Below, piece by piece: positions 50,306 to 64,000 of a DNA stretch of 64,000 bases. The stretch lies in NCBI GenBank assembly GCA_032718475.1, contig JAUCBJ010003164.1:1-64000 (forward strand), read 5' to 3'. This stretch comes from Nemertoderma westbladi (lineage: Eukaryota; Animalia; Xenacoelomorpha). The notes beneath the pieces were generated by a model. The model made no database searches. It was not told the origin of the DNA and saw nothing but the letters and a program-made list of their open reading frames with translations. The position numbers were made by a program, and so were the translations under genes. Within the stretch, counting starts at the first letter, position 1, and every line of letters begins with the position of its first letter.

Positions 50306-53300
50306 GAATTCCGGACAGTATTTTGGACAGTTTTGCCCGGAAATCCGGGCATTTTGCCGGATTTTTGGATGTCCGGGCATTCTAGTGCCCGGGCATCCGG
50401 ACATCCGGGCGAATTTGGAACGGTCAAATTGTCGGACAGTAAAGTTTAATGGACGCCTGGATTTACAGATTTCCGGGCAGTATTTTGGACAAATTTGCCT
50501 GGAAATCCGGACAATTTGCCGGATTTTTGGATGTCCGGGCGACTTTGGAACAGTCAAATATGCCGATAGAAAAGTTAACTGGACGCCCAGATTTGCCAAA
50601 TTCCGGACAGTAATTTGGACAGTTTGCCCGGAAATACAGACATTTTGGCCGGATTTACGGACGTCCGGGTATCCTAGTGCCCGGAAGTCCGGACATCCGG
50701 AAGTCCGGGCGACTTTGGAATGGACAAATAGTCGGACAGACAAGTTTAATGGACGCCCGGATTTACAAAATTCCGGACAGTATTTTGGACAAATTTGCCC
50801 GGAAATCCGGACAATTTGCCGGATTTTTGGATGTCCGGGCACTCCAGTGCCCGGGCGTCCGGATTTCCGGGCGACTTTGGAACGGACAAATAGTCGGACA
50901 GACAAGTTTAATGGATGCCCAGATTTACAGATTTCCGGGCAGTATTTTGGACGAATTTGCCCGGAAATCCGGACATTTTGCCGGATATTTGGATGTCCGG
51001 GCATTCCAGTGCCCGGGCGTCCGGACTTCCGGGCGACTTTGGAACGGACAAATAGTCGGACAGACAATTTAAATGGACGCCCGCATTTACAGATTTCCGG
51101 GCAGTATTTTGGACAAATTTGCCCGGAAATCCGGACATTATGCCGGATTTTTTGATGTCCGGGCATTCCAGTGCCCGGGCGTCCGGACATCCGGGCGACT
51201 TTAGAACGGACAAATAGTCGAACAGACAAGTTTAATAGACGCCCGGATTTACGGAATTCCGGGCAGTATTTTGGAGAAATTTGCCCGGAAATCCGGACAA
51301 TTTGCCGGATTTTTGGATGTCCGGGCATTCCAGTGCCCGGGCGTCCGGACTTCCGGGCGACTTTGGAATGGACAAATAGTCGGACAGACAAGTTTAATGG
51401 ACGCCCGGATTTACAAAATTCCGGACAGTATTTTGGACAAATTTGCCCAGAAATCCGGACAATTTGCCGGATTTTTGGATGTCCGGGCACTCCAGTGCCC
51501 GGGCGTCCGGATTTTCGGGCGACTTTGGAACGGACAAATAGTCGGACAGACAAGTTTAATGGATGCCCAGATTTACAGATTTCCGGGCAGTATTTTGGAC
51601 GAATTTGCCCGGAAATCCGGACATTTTGCCGGATATTTGGATGTCCGGGCATTCCAGTGCCCGGGCGTCCGGACTTCCGGGCGACTTTGGAACGGACAAA
51701 TAGTCGGACAGACAATTTAAATGGACGCCCGCATTTACAGATTTCCGGGCAGTATTTTGGACAAATTTGCCCGGAAATCCGGACATTATGCCGGATTTTT
51801 TGATGTCCGGGCATTCCAGTGCCCGGGCGTCCGGACATCCGGGCGACTTTAGAACGGACAAATAGTCGAACAGACAAGTTTAATAGACGCCCGGATTTAC
51901 GGAATTCCGGGCAGTATTTTGGAGAAATTTGCCCGGAAATCCGGACATTTTGCCGGATTTTTGGATTTCCGGGCATTCCAGTGCCCAGGCGTCCGGACTT
52001 CCGGGCGACTTTGGAACGGACAAATAGTCGGACAGACAAGTTAAATGGACGCCCGGATTTACAGATTTCCGGGCAGTATTTTGGACGAATTTGCCCGGAA
52101 ATCCGGACAATTTGCCGGATTTTTGGATGTCCGGGCATTCCAGTGCCCGGGCGTCCGGACTTCCGGGCGACTTTGGAACGGACAAATAGTCGGACAGACA
52201 ATTTAAATGGACGCCCGGATTTACAGATTTCCGGGCAGTATTTTGGACAAATTTGCCCGGAAATCCGGACATTTTGCCGGATTTTTTGATGTCCGGGCAT
52301 TCCAGTGCCCGGGCGTCCGGACATCCGGGCGACTTTAGAACGGACAAATAGTCGGACAGACAAGTTAAATGGACGCCCGGATTTACAGATTTCCGGGCAG
52401 TATTTTGGAGAAATTTGCCGGGAAATCCGGACAATTTGCCGGATTTTTGGATGTCCGGGCATTCCAGTGCCCGGGCGTCCGGACTTCCGGGCGACTTTGG
52501 AACGGGAAAATAGTCGGACAGACAAGTTTAATAAACGCCCGGATCTACGGAATTCCGGGCAGTATTTTGGACAAATTTGCCGGAAATCCGGACAATTTGC
52601 CGGATTTTTGGATTTCCGGGCATTCCAGTGCCCGGGCGTCCGGACTTCCGGGCGACTTTAGAACGGACAAATAGTCGGACAGAGAAGTTAAATGGACGCC
52701 CGGATTTATAGAATTCCGGGCAGTATTTTGGACAAATTTGCCCGGAAATCCGGACATTTTGCCGGATTTTTGGATGTCCGGGCATTCCAGTGCCCGGGCG
52801 TCCGGACTTCCGGGCGACTTTGGAACGGACAAATAGTCGGACAGACAAGTTAAATGGACGCCCGGATTTACAGATTTCCGGGCAGTATTTTGGACGAATT
52901 TGCCCGGAAATCCGGACAATTTGCCGGATTTTTGGATGTCCGGGCATTCCAGTGCCCGGGCGTCCGGACTTCCGGGCGACTTTGGAACGGACAAATAGTC
53001 GGACAGACAATTTAAATGGACGCCCGGATTTACAGATTTCCGGGCAGTATTTTGGACAAATTTGCCCGGAAATCCGGACATTTTGCCGGATTTTTTGATG
53101 TCCGGGCATTCCAGTGCCCGGGCGTCCGGACATCCGGGCGACTTTAGAACGGACAAATAGTCGGACAGACAAGTTAAATGGACGCCCGGATTTACAGATT
53201 TCCGGGCAGTATTTTGGAGAAATTTGCCGGGAAATCCGGACAATTTGACGGATTTTTGGATGTCCGGGCATTCCAGTGCCCGGGCGTCCGGACTTCCGGG

Positions 53301-54805
53301 CGACTTTGGAACGGGAAAATAGTCGGACAGACAAGTTTAATAAACGCCCGGATCTACGGAATTCCGGGCAGTATTTTGGACAAATTTGCCGGAAATCCGG
53401 ACAATTTGCCGGATTTTTGGATTTCCGGGCATTCCAGTGCCCGGGCGTCCGGACTTCCGGGCGACTTTAGAACGGACAAATAGTCGGACAGAGAAGTTAA
53501 ATGGACGCCCGGATTTATAGAATTCCGGGCAGTATTTTGGACAAATTTGCCCGGAAATCCGGACATTTTGCCGGATTTTTGGATGTCCGGGCATTCCAGT
53601 GCCCGGGCGTCCGGACTTCCGGGCGACTTTGGAACGGACAAATAGTCGGACAGACAAGTTAAATGGACGCCCGGATTTACAGATTTCCGGGCAGTATTTT
53701 GGACGAATTTGCCCGGAAATCCGGACAATTTGCCGGATTTTTGGATGTCCGGGCATTCCAGTGCCCGGGCGTCCGGACTTCCGGGCGACTTTGGAACGGA
53801 CAAATAGTCGGACAGACAATTTAAATGGACGCCCGGATTTACAGATTTCCGGGCAGTATTTTGGACAAATTTGCCCGGAAATCCGGACATTTTGCCGGAT
53901 TTTTTGATGTCCGGGCATTCCAGTGCCCGGGCGTCCGGACATCCGGGCGACTTTAGAACGGACAAATAGTCGGACAGACAAGTTAAATGGACGCCCGGAT
54001 TTACAGATTTCCGGGCAGTATTTTGGAGAAATTTGCCGGGAAATCCGGACAATTTGCCGGATTTTTGGATGTCCGGGCATTCCAGTGCCCGGGCGTCCGG
54101 ACTTCCGGGCGACTTTGGAACGGGAAAATAGTCGGACAGACAAGTTTAATAAACGCCCGGATCTACGGAATTCCGGGCAGTATTTTGGACAAATTTGCCG
54201 GAAATCCGGACAATTTGCCGGATTTTTGGATTTCCGGGCATTCCAGTGCCCGGGCGTCCGGACTTCCGGGCGACTTTAGAACGGACAAATAGTCGGACAG
54301 AGAAGTTAAATGGACGCCCGGATTTATAGAATTCCGGGCAGTATTTTGGACAAATTTGCCCGGAAATCCGGACATTTTGCCGGATTTTTGGATGTCCGGG
54401 CATTCCAGTGCCCGGGCGTCCGGACTTCCGGGCGACTTTGGAACGGACAAATAGTCGGACAGACAAGTTAAATGGACGCCCGGATTTACAGAATTCCGGG
54501 CAGTATTTTGGACAAATTTGCCCGGAAATCCGGACATTTTGCCGGATTTTTGGATGTCCGGGCATTCCAGTGCCCGGGCGTCCGGACATCCGGGCGACTT
54601 TAGAACGGACAAATAGTCGGACAGACAAGTTTAATGAACGCCCGGATTTACAGATTTCCGGGCAGTATTTTGGACAAATTTGCCTGGAAATACAGACATT
54701 TTGGCCTGATTTCCGGGCGTCCGGGCATCCTTGCGCCAGTATATCCGGACGCCCGGGCGACTTGAGAACAGTCAAATAGGCAGACAGAAACGTTTACTGG
54801 ATGCC
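50306..54805. repeat. 162-bp satellite array, copy 3 (~4.5 kb)
   Basis: The first ~2 kb matches the copy 1 array, followed by an 809-bp 5-mer HOR (52528/53337/54146). Confidence 0.98.
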
Positions 54806-56012
54806 CCGATTTTGATGCCCAAATATTGGTGTTTAATCTCAAATTGCAAGGGGGGGGGGGGGGGGGGGGTTGTCACGAATTTAATCTCCGCTAATTACAG
54901 TAATATCTCATCTCGTCGAATAAGAGATGTAACTTATCAATTAAGGGGTAGGTGCTGGTTATAATGGTACGTTATTCTAACCAAAACAATAAACATTTAC
55001 ACAGTTACAGTTACATTTTTGCGAGTAATCAATAATTGTTACAGTATTTGCTACGGTTTCCCCCTTAAAAGGGTTAAATTTTGGTTGCGTCGAGAACACC
55101 AACACTACCTCCACCACTCGCCACTCCAGAGTCATTTCAAACCGAAATTTATTCGCCAAAAAATACTTGTCTTGAATAATTCTTGACATTAAGTTTAATA
55201 ACGACGAAGGCCAGCCCTAACTAACAAGCACAATACGGTTATGACAATACAGTTACGTAAAGATATTTATTAGCCAAGCAAATAATGACGTAACACTGTG
55301 ACACGTTATTATTATTGCACAAAGAATGACCAACCCAAAATATGGCTTGTCTTCAAAGTGAACGCCATTTAGATCACGCTAACTACTTACTGTATACTCT
55401 CGGAGAAACATTAATAATTAGTTTAATTAATTTATAAATTATTAATTAAATTGAAAAACAACTGAGTTTATAATTAGAATTTAATAAATGTATTTAAACG
55501 TTTACAATAATATTCAGGAATGGATTCCATTCTAACCGAAATATAACATAACATATATGTGCAAAATGCGCAGAGAAAATATACCGATACTGTAGCGCAC
55601 GAAAGACTCAAAGAAAAATTAAAAAAATACAGATTGATGGTTAAAATAAACCAAAATTATAAAACGAGGGTGGGCTACAATTTTAAGGATCGTTAAATAC
55701 AGTATGGTTGTTACTCGTCAGTAACATGAAATGGAATAGAAACACAACGCAATTCAGTGTTCCATACCAAAAAATATCAACCAATTACATTTTAACACGT
55801 AAATAAATACCGACTTTTGTGTCCATTTGTGCTTAATATGAGTGACAGCTACAGATAAATAATAAAATTACACCCAAATATTTATTGTGTTCGTTGCAGC
55901 CATATAACAGTATTATGAAGCCATTGACGTCAGCAACATTACGAGAATGTATTAATACTGTCAAACTATTAGGTAAGGATATCACTTTCGCTTTTCCCTT
56001 TAGATCACCTGT

Positions 56013-58425
56013 CTATCTCAGACTGCCTCTGTGGTGTGGGGATGCGTAATCCTCCACGATTGGTTGTTGTTCCACTGAGTAGAACTGGTTGTTATAAGGT
56101 TCGGGGTTGTAGGCTTCACTCTGAACATAGTTCGAGCTGTCCTGCCCAACTGTACCGTAGGATTTCGCCGCACCGTCTAGCTTATCTTTATTATCTAGAA
56201 TTATAATGAAGTCATTAATAGAAACTAATTGATACAATACTGTAGGGGTAAATTTATAGTACCGCGCCAACTAGCGGTGGTTGTATGCACCGGATTGCAT
56301 CGCAAGGCAGCCATTATGGGGCGAGCCATGTACTAGTTCAAAAGTATTAACTAGAGTCATATTCTTTCCAAAACTCTAACTAAATGAGGATACATTTAAT
56401 ACCCTCTCTAGCTTATTTATGATGGTGTATCTGTATCCTGCTCTTTTCATTTTCTTTTACTTTTTCTTCTTTCAACTTTTTTTTATTTGAAGGTTCTTCT
56501 GTCACTTTACCTTCAGTAATTTACCAACAATTAATTATTGAACTACTATTGTGATTTCTTTCACTACAAACTGGTTATATTTTACATTTTATATAATCGC
56601 ATTTACCTAGGCAGGTATCTTTCTCATCGGCCCAAGGTTGTTTCTCACCAGACGCGAATACCCCGTAGAATATGATCCCGGCGTAGTGGACTGTAGACGC
56701 TATGATAAACACACTTTGCCATTCCAACGCCATCTAGAGGAAGACAATTAATAGGGTAGTAATTAATTTTAAGGATTTATAATATTGAAAGTATCTGTGC
56801 ATCATGATTTTAAATAACTTTAATTGAACTTAATATGCTTATACTTTTTTAATAAAACAACATTTTAATGTTAATTTCTGTTTTGATATTTCTTCCGAAA
56901 AAAAAAACAATAAAAATGTTGATTTAATATAATAAACAAATTTAATAACGCAATCGCATCGTACCTTGTGTTTGGTGAGCAGACCAACAACCATGGGACA
57001 CACCATCCCGGATAAAGTTCCGACCCCGTTAGAGATACCCATTAGTATGCTAGCGAACCGGGGAGCAATGTCCAGGTGGTTAACGTTGAATCCTGAGGAC
57101 ATATATAATCATAAAAAATACAAGTTCAAAGAAATTAAACTAAATGTTGCAAAATTATTAATGAAAAAATTTACAAAGATAATTAATCAAGAAAAACGTA
57201 ATATTATTAATCCCAAATGCTAAAACTAATTTAAGGATGTAATATAATTAATGGTTTTGTTCAGAAATGGAAAAAATGAGAAAGCGCGTCACCGGGGGTT
57301 GAAAACTACAGTAATTAAACACGACATCTCAATAAATCACTGTCTAGACACCTACCGCGCCATTCTAACGTACCTGCGGTAATTAAATTTCCCATTATTG
57401 TCATTCATATTAACATTATTTTGGTTAAATTGAGTGAAAAACATGTTATCAATGGGTAGGATGCCATAAAAACACCATAATTATAGTAAAAGTTTATATT
57501 TTTGGTGTGTAAAATAATTATAGAAAAAGTTTTAAGATTGCAGTACACGGTGTGGTGTGGAAGTTAGGCAGTCCTATTCCATATGAAACCGAAAGTTTGT
57601 TATGAATTCTGTACCGTGTTGACTATTATGTCACAATACTGTGGGGCGAGCCACGAAAGTAAACGAACTTATAATACGGGTACCACTATCTGCTTGGCGG
57701 TCGGTCGGTCGCCCGGTCTTTCTGTCTGTCGGACTTATCATTAAATGCTTTATTCTCAGGAAACGCAGTTTCCTGAGTTTTATTCGCAGTTTCTTAAAAC
57801 GTTGTAGGACTGAACTATGAAAAATGTTTAGAAAGTCTGACAGACTTGAAGGTCATCGGTCCGCAGTTCTCCAGTATGCCGCTAGAGTGCAAAATGTTTG
57901 AAGTTGAAAAACTTCCACCGTTTTATTTTTATTTTAATTAGTTCAAACTTGGCATATATGTACTAGAAAACTGGCTGCTTCATTGTGAGGCGGTACTCCG
58001 TCTCCACTTCTAATGATTCGCTATCGGGATCGAGATGTCTGAAAGTGAAACCCTTCTCTTATTTCGTTATTTGTTATACGTTAAAACCGCCTAGTGGAAC
58101 TTAATTTTTTGCTATATTAATAATAAATTGTAACAGAATAATACGGTTACAGCAGGCCTATATATTAAAAAAAACTCTTACCCGATATGGCAAATCCACT
58201 AAACCCTACAGCCATGGTCAGGCAGGTTATAGCTGTTGTGCGGTCTCTTGTCATGGCAACACCCAATAGGAAACTAGCCTCCATACCGAAACCGCCGCAG
58301 TTGAAGATCTTTCGAACGGCCGTGGTTGATAAAATACCGCGCGATCGCAGAAAATCCGCCATGTATCCACCGATAGGAACCAAAATCGCCATTACAAGAT
58401 GGGGTAGGGCCGAAAGGATACCAAT
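56013..58425 (-). CDS. VGLUT: VGLUT last four coding exons, copy 4
   Basis: Exons 58425-58182, 57092-56965, 56733-56607 and 56194-56013. Same peptide, splice sites intact. Confidence 0.9.
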
Positions 58426-60547
58426 CTGTCGTGAAAGAATACATTATATCAATAAATTATGTAGGAAAGGGAAAGTCCAAAGCATATAATTAATAATCTA
58501 TTGTTAGATAACGAGTTTGTATTGTTGGTTGGACTTATGTTAAAGTGACCAAATGGAATCAAAAGAAAGATGTTACGATATGAGTATATATTTCGGGCAA
58601 CAGCCCATTATCAACTCATAATAATCTATTGTGGTTCTGGAAATGTGATACAAAGTTGCCAAGTGATCTACTTAAATTTGTGCACAAAAATATCGGATTT
58701 GATAAGATTCGAACTCACGGTCTCTAGCTGATAAGTCGAACGCGCTCTCAGATACACGTTACAAAACTATTGATAAAAGTTAAACACGAAATATCGGGGC
58801 AACCTGAAATCTACTCTCTCTTCACTGTTACCTGTAAAGCGGAAATCGCACACTCTACAGTAACTTACACGGATGCAGAGCACCTTAGTAGCTACCCAAT
58901 GCCAATTCCGCCCGCAAAATAAGGTTCCCATATCGATGGTTAGACACCAAGTTACGAAAACTCACCTGGCACACAAAACGGGTACTGGCCATAGACTCAC
59001 CTGGGACTCAAAAGGGGAACTGGGCTGGCCATAGACTCACCTGGGACACAAAACGGGGGCTGGGCATAGACTCACCTGGGACACAAAACGGGTACGGGAT
59101 TATAATAAATAAATTACCTTTCTTGTAATCGTCCCTGGTCCTGAAACACTTTAATATATTTGATTGCGAACGGCCATTAATGCGACGTCTCTATAATAAA
59201 GCAGATAATATTTAGGCCTATGAATAAACAAACTATAATAATACTGGAATACAAAACTAAACACTAAATAGGGTAACTAACTAGAAAGTCAAGGTTAAAC
59301 CATACCGAATGAATATAATACAAAGCCGGTTGGTTGAAAGCATATTATATTGATATGAAGACACAAGAGTATTGTTATTGACTTCGCAATACAAAGTAAT
59401 AATTATATGTCTGGAGGGAGGAATGACCCCGTGCCTTTGTATAATAGCCGACCCACCGACTGGCATTGCAATTAATAATAAAAATGCTTCTACAGCTACG
59501 GTACTGTACAGCCAATAAGAACATTGAATATTAGTTAAAGGCAATGGCTGTATGAATAGCCGCGTTAAGTTAAACTGCAACAGAGGTGTATGTAAAGTGA
59601 AAGAAATAGGCCACAGTCACTCAGGTAAGCAAGCCTGAATGAGATGATGAGTATGACAAGGGCTTGAAGTATTGGCTACCCCGCCCATCAACTATAGTAA
59701 CTGTATGATATTTCGTCTTAAATTCCCGCTTTGAGGTTCTGAAGGATGAGTTGATTCCACTTTTTAGCTGTTATTTAGGTGAAAAAAAGCATAAGAAGAT
59801 GACGTAAAGAAATGCTTGATGTTTTCACTTAATTAACAGCAGAAATGTGTTGGAATTGAAGTTATTGATTTTTGTAGATTACTTACTCAAGAAATGTGTG
59901 AAAGACATTTTTCAAAATGAAAGACATTTTTGTGAAAGTGTCTTTAAAAAATGAGTGTAAGTCAGCCAATGGGCATAGCTGAATCGACATTATGTTTTTT
60001 TTGTAATAACGCGCCATAGAATAACATGGAGTAACTATGACAATACCATGGTAAGGGCCAGTCCTTAGCATATAAATAATAATTGTCTCTAGCGGCATAC
60101 CCCCCCCCCCCCCCCGGCCGTCTCTCTCTGCTGCCTCTAGCGTCGGTAGTAAATTCATACTGTGCCACGTGGTGGTGTGTAACACTTTTCCTATTGTAAG
60201 TACAATGAATGTGGAAGGGATGGATAAGGCAATAATTATTCTATCATAGGAGAAGGGGAATATTATATGTTGATGTGGGCAGGGAATAATGCCGGTGGTT
60301 GGGTTATATTGTTAAAGTAATGAAAAGTTTAAAGGTCTGTATGTTCGGTTGTTGTGGATGAAAAATGCTGAATTAAATTTCTTTAGATTCACTGTAAATT
60401 GATCTTTCTATTATTCATACCAAGAACTAACAATCAGGATCAAGAATAACCTTATTTAAAAAATGTATTATTATATATCCTGCGGTATGCAATGCCATTG
60501 GTTTCAATGTCGATTACAATATCAATATCGGTTATTGGTATCGGTTA

Positions 60548-63390
60548 CTGGTACTTGTACTTGTACTTGTATTTGTACTTGTACTTGTACTTGTACTTGT
60601 ACTTGTACTTGTACTTCTAATTGTACTTGTACTTGTACTTGTACTTGTACTGGTACTTGTACTGGTACTTGTACCTGTACTTGTACTTGTACTTGTACCT
60701 GTACTTGTACTTGTACTTGAACTTGTACTTGTACCTGTACTTGTACTTGTACTTGTACCTGTACTTGTACTTGTAATTGAACTTGAACTTGTAATTGTAC
60801 TTGTACATGTACATGTACTTGAACTTGTACTTGTACTTGAACTTGTACTTGTACCTGTACTTGTACTTGTACTTGTACTTGTACTTGTACTTGAACTTGT
60901 ACTTGTACTTGTACCTGTACTTGTACTTGAACTTGTACTTGTACTTGTAATTGTACTTGTACTTGTACTTGTACTTGTACTTGTACTTGTACTGGTACTT
61001 GTACCTGTACTTGTACTTGTACTTGTAATTGAACTTGAACTTGTAATTGTACTTGTACTTGTACTTGTACTTGTACTTGTACATGTACATGTACTTGAAC
61101 TTGTACTTGTACTTGAACTTGTACTTGTACTTGTACTTGTACTTGTACTTGTACTTGTACTTGTAATTGAACTTGAACTTGTAATTGTACTTGTACTTGT
61201 ACTTGTACTTGTACTTGTACATGTACATGTACTTGAACTTGTACTTGTACTTGAACTTGTACTTGTACCTGTACTTGTACTTGTACTTGTACTTGTACTT
61301 GTACTTGTACTTGTACTTGTACTTGTACTTGAACTTGTACTTGTACTTGTACTTGTACTTGTACTTGTACTTGTACTTGTACTTGTACTTGTACTTGTAC
61401 TGGTACTTGTACTGGTACTTGTACCTGTACTTGTACTTGTACTTGTAATTGAACTTGAACTTGTAATTGTACTTGTACTTGTACTTGTACTTGTACTTGT
61501 ACATGTACATGTACTTGAACTTGTACTTGTACTTGTACTTGAACTTGTACTTGTACCTGTACTTGTACTTGTACTTGTACTTGTACTTGTACTTGTACTT
61601 GTACTTGAACTTGTACTTGTACTTGTACCTGTACTTGTACTTGAACTTGTACTTGTACTTGTAATTGTACTTGTACTTGTATTTGTACTTGTAATTGTGC
61701 TTGTGCTTGTGCTTGTGCTTATGCTTGTACTTGTACTTGTACCTGTACTTGTACCTGTACTCTTACTTGTACTTGTACTTGTAATTGAACTTGAACTTGT
61801 AATTTTACTTGTACTTGTACTTGTACATGTACATGTACATGTACTTGTACTTGTACCTGTACTTGTACTTGTACCTGTACTTGTACTTGTACTTGAACTT
61901 GTACTTGTACTTGTAATTGAACTTGAACTTGTAATTGTACTTGTACTTGTACTTGTACTTGTACATGTACATGTACTTGAACTTGTACTTGTACTTGAAC
62001 TTGTACTTGTACCTGTACTTGTACTTGTACCTGTACTTGAACTTGTACATGTACATGTACTTGAACGGGTACCTGTACCTGTACTTGTACTTGTACTTCT
62101 AATTGTACTTGTACTTGTACTTGCACTTGTACTTGTACTTGTGCTTGTGCTTGTGCTTATGCTTGTGCTTGTACTTGTACTTGTACTTGTACTTGTACTT
62201 GAACTTGTACATGTACATGTACTTGAACGGGTACCTGTACCTGTACTTGTACTTGTACTTCTAATTGTACTTGTACTTGTACTTGTACTTGTACTTGCAC
62301 TTGTACTTGTAATTGTGCTTGTGCTTGTGCTTGTGCTTGTGCTTGTGCTTATGCTTGTGCTTGTACTTGTACTTGCACTTGTACTTGTAATTGTGCTTGT
62401 GCTTGTGCTTGTGCTTGTGCTTGTGCTTATGCTTGTGCTTGTACTTGTACTTGTACATGTACTTGAACTTGTACTTGTACTTGAACTTGTACTTGCACTT
62501 GTACTTGTAATTGTGCTTGTGCTTGTGCTTGTGCTTATGCTTGTTCTTGTACTTGTACTTGTACTTGTAATTGTAATTGTGCTTGTGCTTGTGCTTGTGC
62601 TTGTGCTTGTGCTTGTGCTTATGCTTATGCTTGTACTTGTACTTGTACTTGTACATGTACTTGTACTTGTACTTGTACTTGTACTTGTACTTGTACTTGT
62701 ACTTGAACTTGTACTTGTAATTGTGCTTGTGCTTGTGCTTGTGCTTGTACTTGTACTTGTACTTGTACATGTACTTGTACTTGTACTTGAACTTATACTT
62801 GTACATGTACTTGTACTTGTACTTGAACTTGTACATGTACATGTACTTGAACTTGTACCTGTACCTGTACTTGTACTTGTACTTGTACTTCTAATTGTAC
62901 TTGTACTTGAACTTGTACTTGTACTGGAACTTGTACTGTTACCGGTACTTGTACTTGTGCTTGTACTTGTACCTGTACTTGTACCTGTACCTGTACTTGT
63001 ACTTGTACTTGTACTTGTACCTATACTTGTACTTGAACTTGTTCATGTACATGTACTTGAACCTGTACTTGTATTTGTACTTGTACCTGTACTTGTACTT
63101 GCTTGTACCTGTACTTGTACTTGAACATGTACATGTACTTGAACTTGTACTTGTACTTGTACCTGTACTTGTACTTGTACTTGTAATTGAACGTGTACTT
63201 GTACATGAACTTGTACTTGAACTTGTACTTGTACTTGTACTTGAACTTGTACTTGAACTTGTACTTGTACTTGTACATGTACTTGTACTTATACATTGTA
63301 CCTGTACTTGTACTTGAACTTGTACTTGTACTGGTACTTGTGCTTGTTCTTGTACTTGCACTTCTATTTGTAATTGTACTTGTACTTGTT
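60548..63390. repeat. GTACTT hexamer satellite tract, copy 4 (~2.8 kb)
   Basis: Directly visible. Confidence 0.98.
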
Positions 63391-63399
63391 GTATTTTTT

Positions 63400-64000
63400 A
63401 GAATTCCGGACAGTATTTTGGACAGTTTTGCCCGGAAATCCGGGCATTTTGCCGGATTTTTGGATGTCCGGGCATTCTAGTGCCCGGGCATCCGCACATC
63501 CGGGCGAATTTGGAACGGTCAAATTGTCGGACAGTAAAGTTTAATGGACGCCCGGATTTACAGATTTCCGGGCAGTATTTTGGACAAATTTGCCTGGAAA
63601 TCCGGACAATTTGCCGGATTTTTGGATGTCCGGGCGACTTTGGAACAGTCAAATATGCCGATAGAAAAGTTAACTGGACGCCCAGATTTGCCAAATTTCG
63701 GACAGTAATTTGGACAGTTTGCCCGGAAATACAGACATTTTGGCCGGATTTACGGACGTCCGGGTATCCTAGTGCCCGGAAGTCCGGACATCCGGAAGTC
63801 CGGGCGACTTTGGAATGGACAAATAGTCGGACAGACAAGTTTAATGGACGCCCGGATTTACAAAATTCCGGACAGTATTTTGGACAAATTTGCCCGGAAA
63901 TCCGGACAATTTGCCGGATTTTTGGATGTCCGGGCATTCCAGTGCCCGGGCGTCCGGACTTCCGGGCGACTTTGGAACGGACAAATAGTCGGACAGACAA
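63400..64000. repeat. 162-bp satellite array, copy 4 (start only)
   Basis: It begins with the same diverged edge monomers as copies 1 and 3. Confidence 0.97.

Larger units (their letters stand above)
41081..54898. repeat. Tandem segmental duplication unit, copy 3 (13.8 kb)
   Basis: Same organisation. Its non-coding sequence is the most diverged, with many substitutions and indels at about 43.9-45.2 kb. Confidence 0.95.
54899..64000. repeat. Tandem segmental duplication unit, copy 4 (runs off window)
   Basis: Same organisation. The unique part is nearly identical to copy 1. Confidence 0.95.

Noticed and set aside
17547-54842. 54-aa repeat ORFs up to 1020 aa in the 162-bp arrays
   Set aside because: The monomer length is divisible by 3 and GC-rich, so frames stay open on both strands. 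Stops and 1-bp indels are propagated within HORs, which argues against coding constraint.

Overview
Eukaryotic (invertebrate-animal-like) genomic DNA. The first 9 kb holds a possible LTR end, decayed RTE-type LINE fragments (RT and APE pieces), a TIR MITE and a two-exon plus-strand gene of about 858 aa (EF-hand pairs, WW-like segments, long coiled coil, C-terminal CAP-Gly). Its intron carries a 33-36 bp G-rich minisatellite and a tRNA-derived SINE. From 9,048 to the end of the window is a head-to-tail array of at least four 13-19 kb units. Each unit contains the last four coding exons and 3' UTR of a vesicular glutamate transporter (VGLUT/SLC17A6-8/eat-4-like, minus strand), a 2.8-3.7 kb GTACTT hexamer tract and a CCGG-rich 162-bp satellite with higher-order repeats. 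The exons are intact and encode identical peptides in every copy, while the non-coding parts are mosaic. Copy 2 carries a Penelope-like GIY-YIG insertion with a 12-bp TSD and a hammerhead-like core, and copy 3 has lost two AATAAA signals. Most ORFs in the supplied track from 14.5 kb onward are repeat artefacts. Coordinates were read by eye and repeat edges are approximate.
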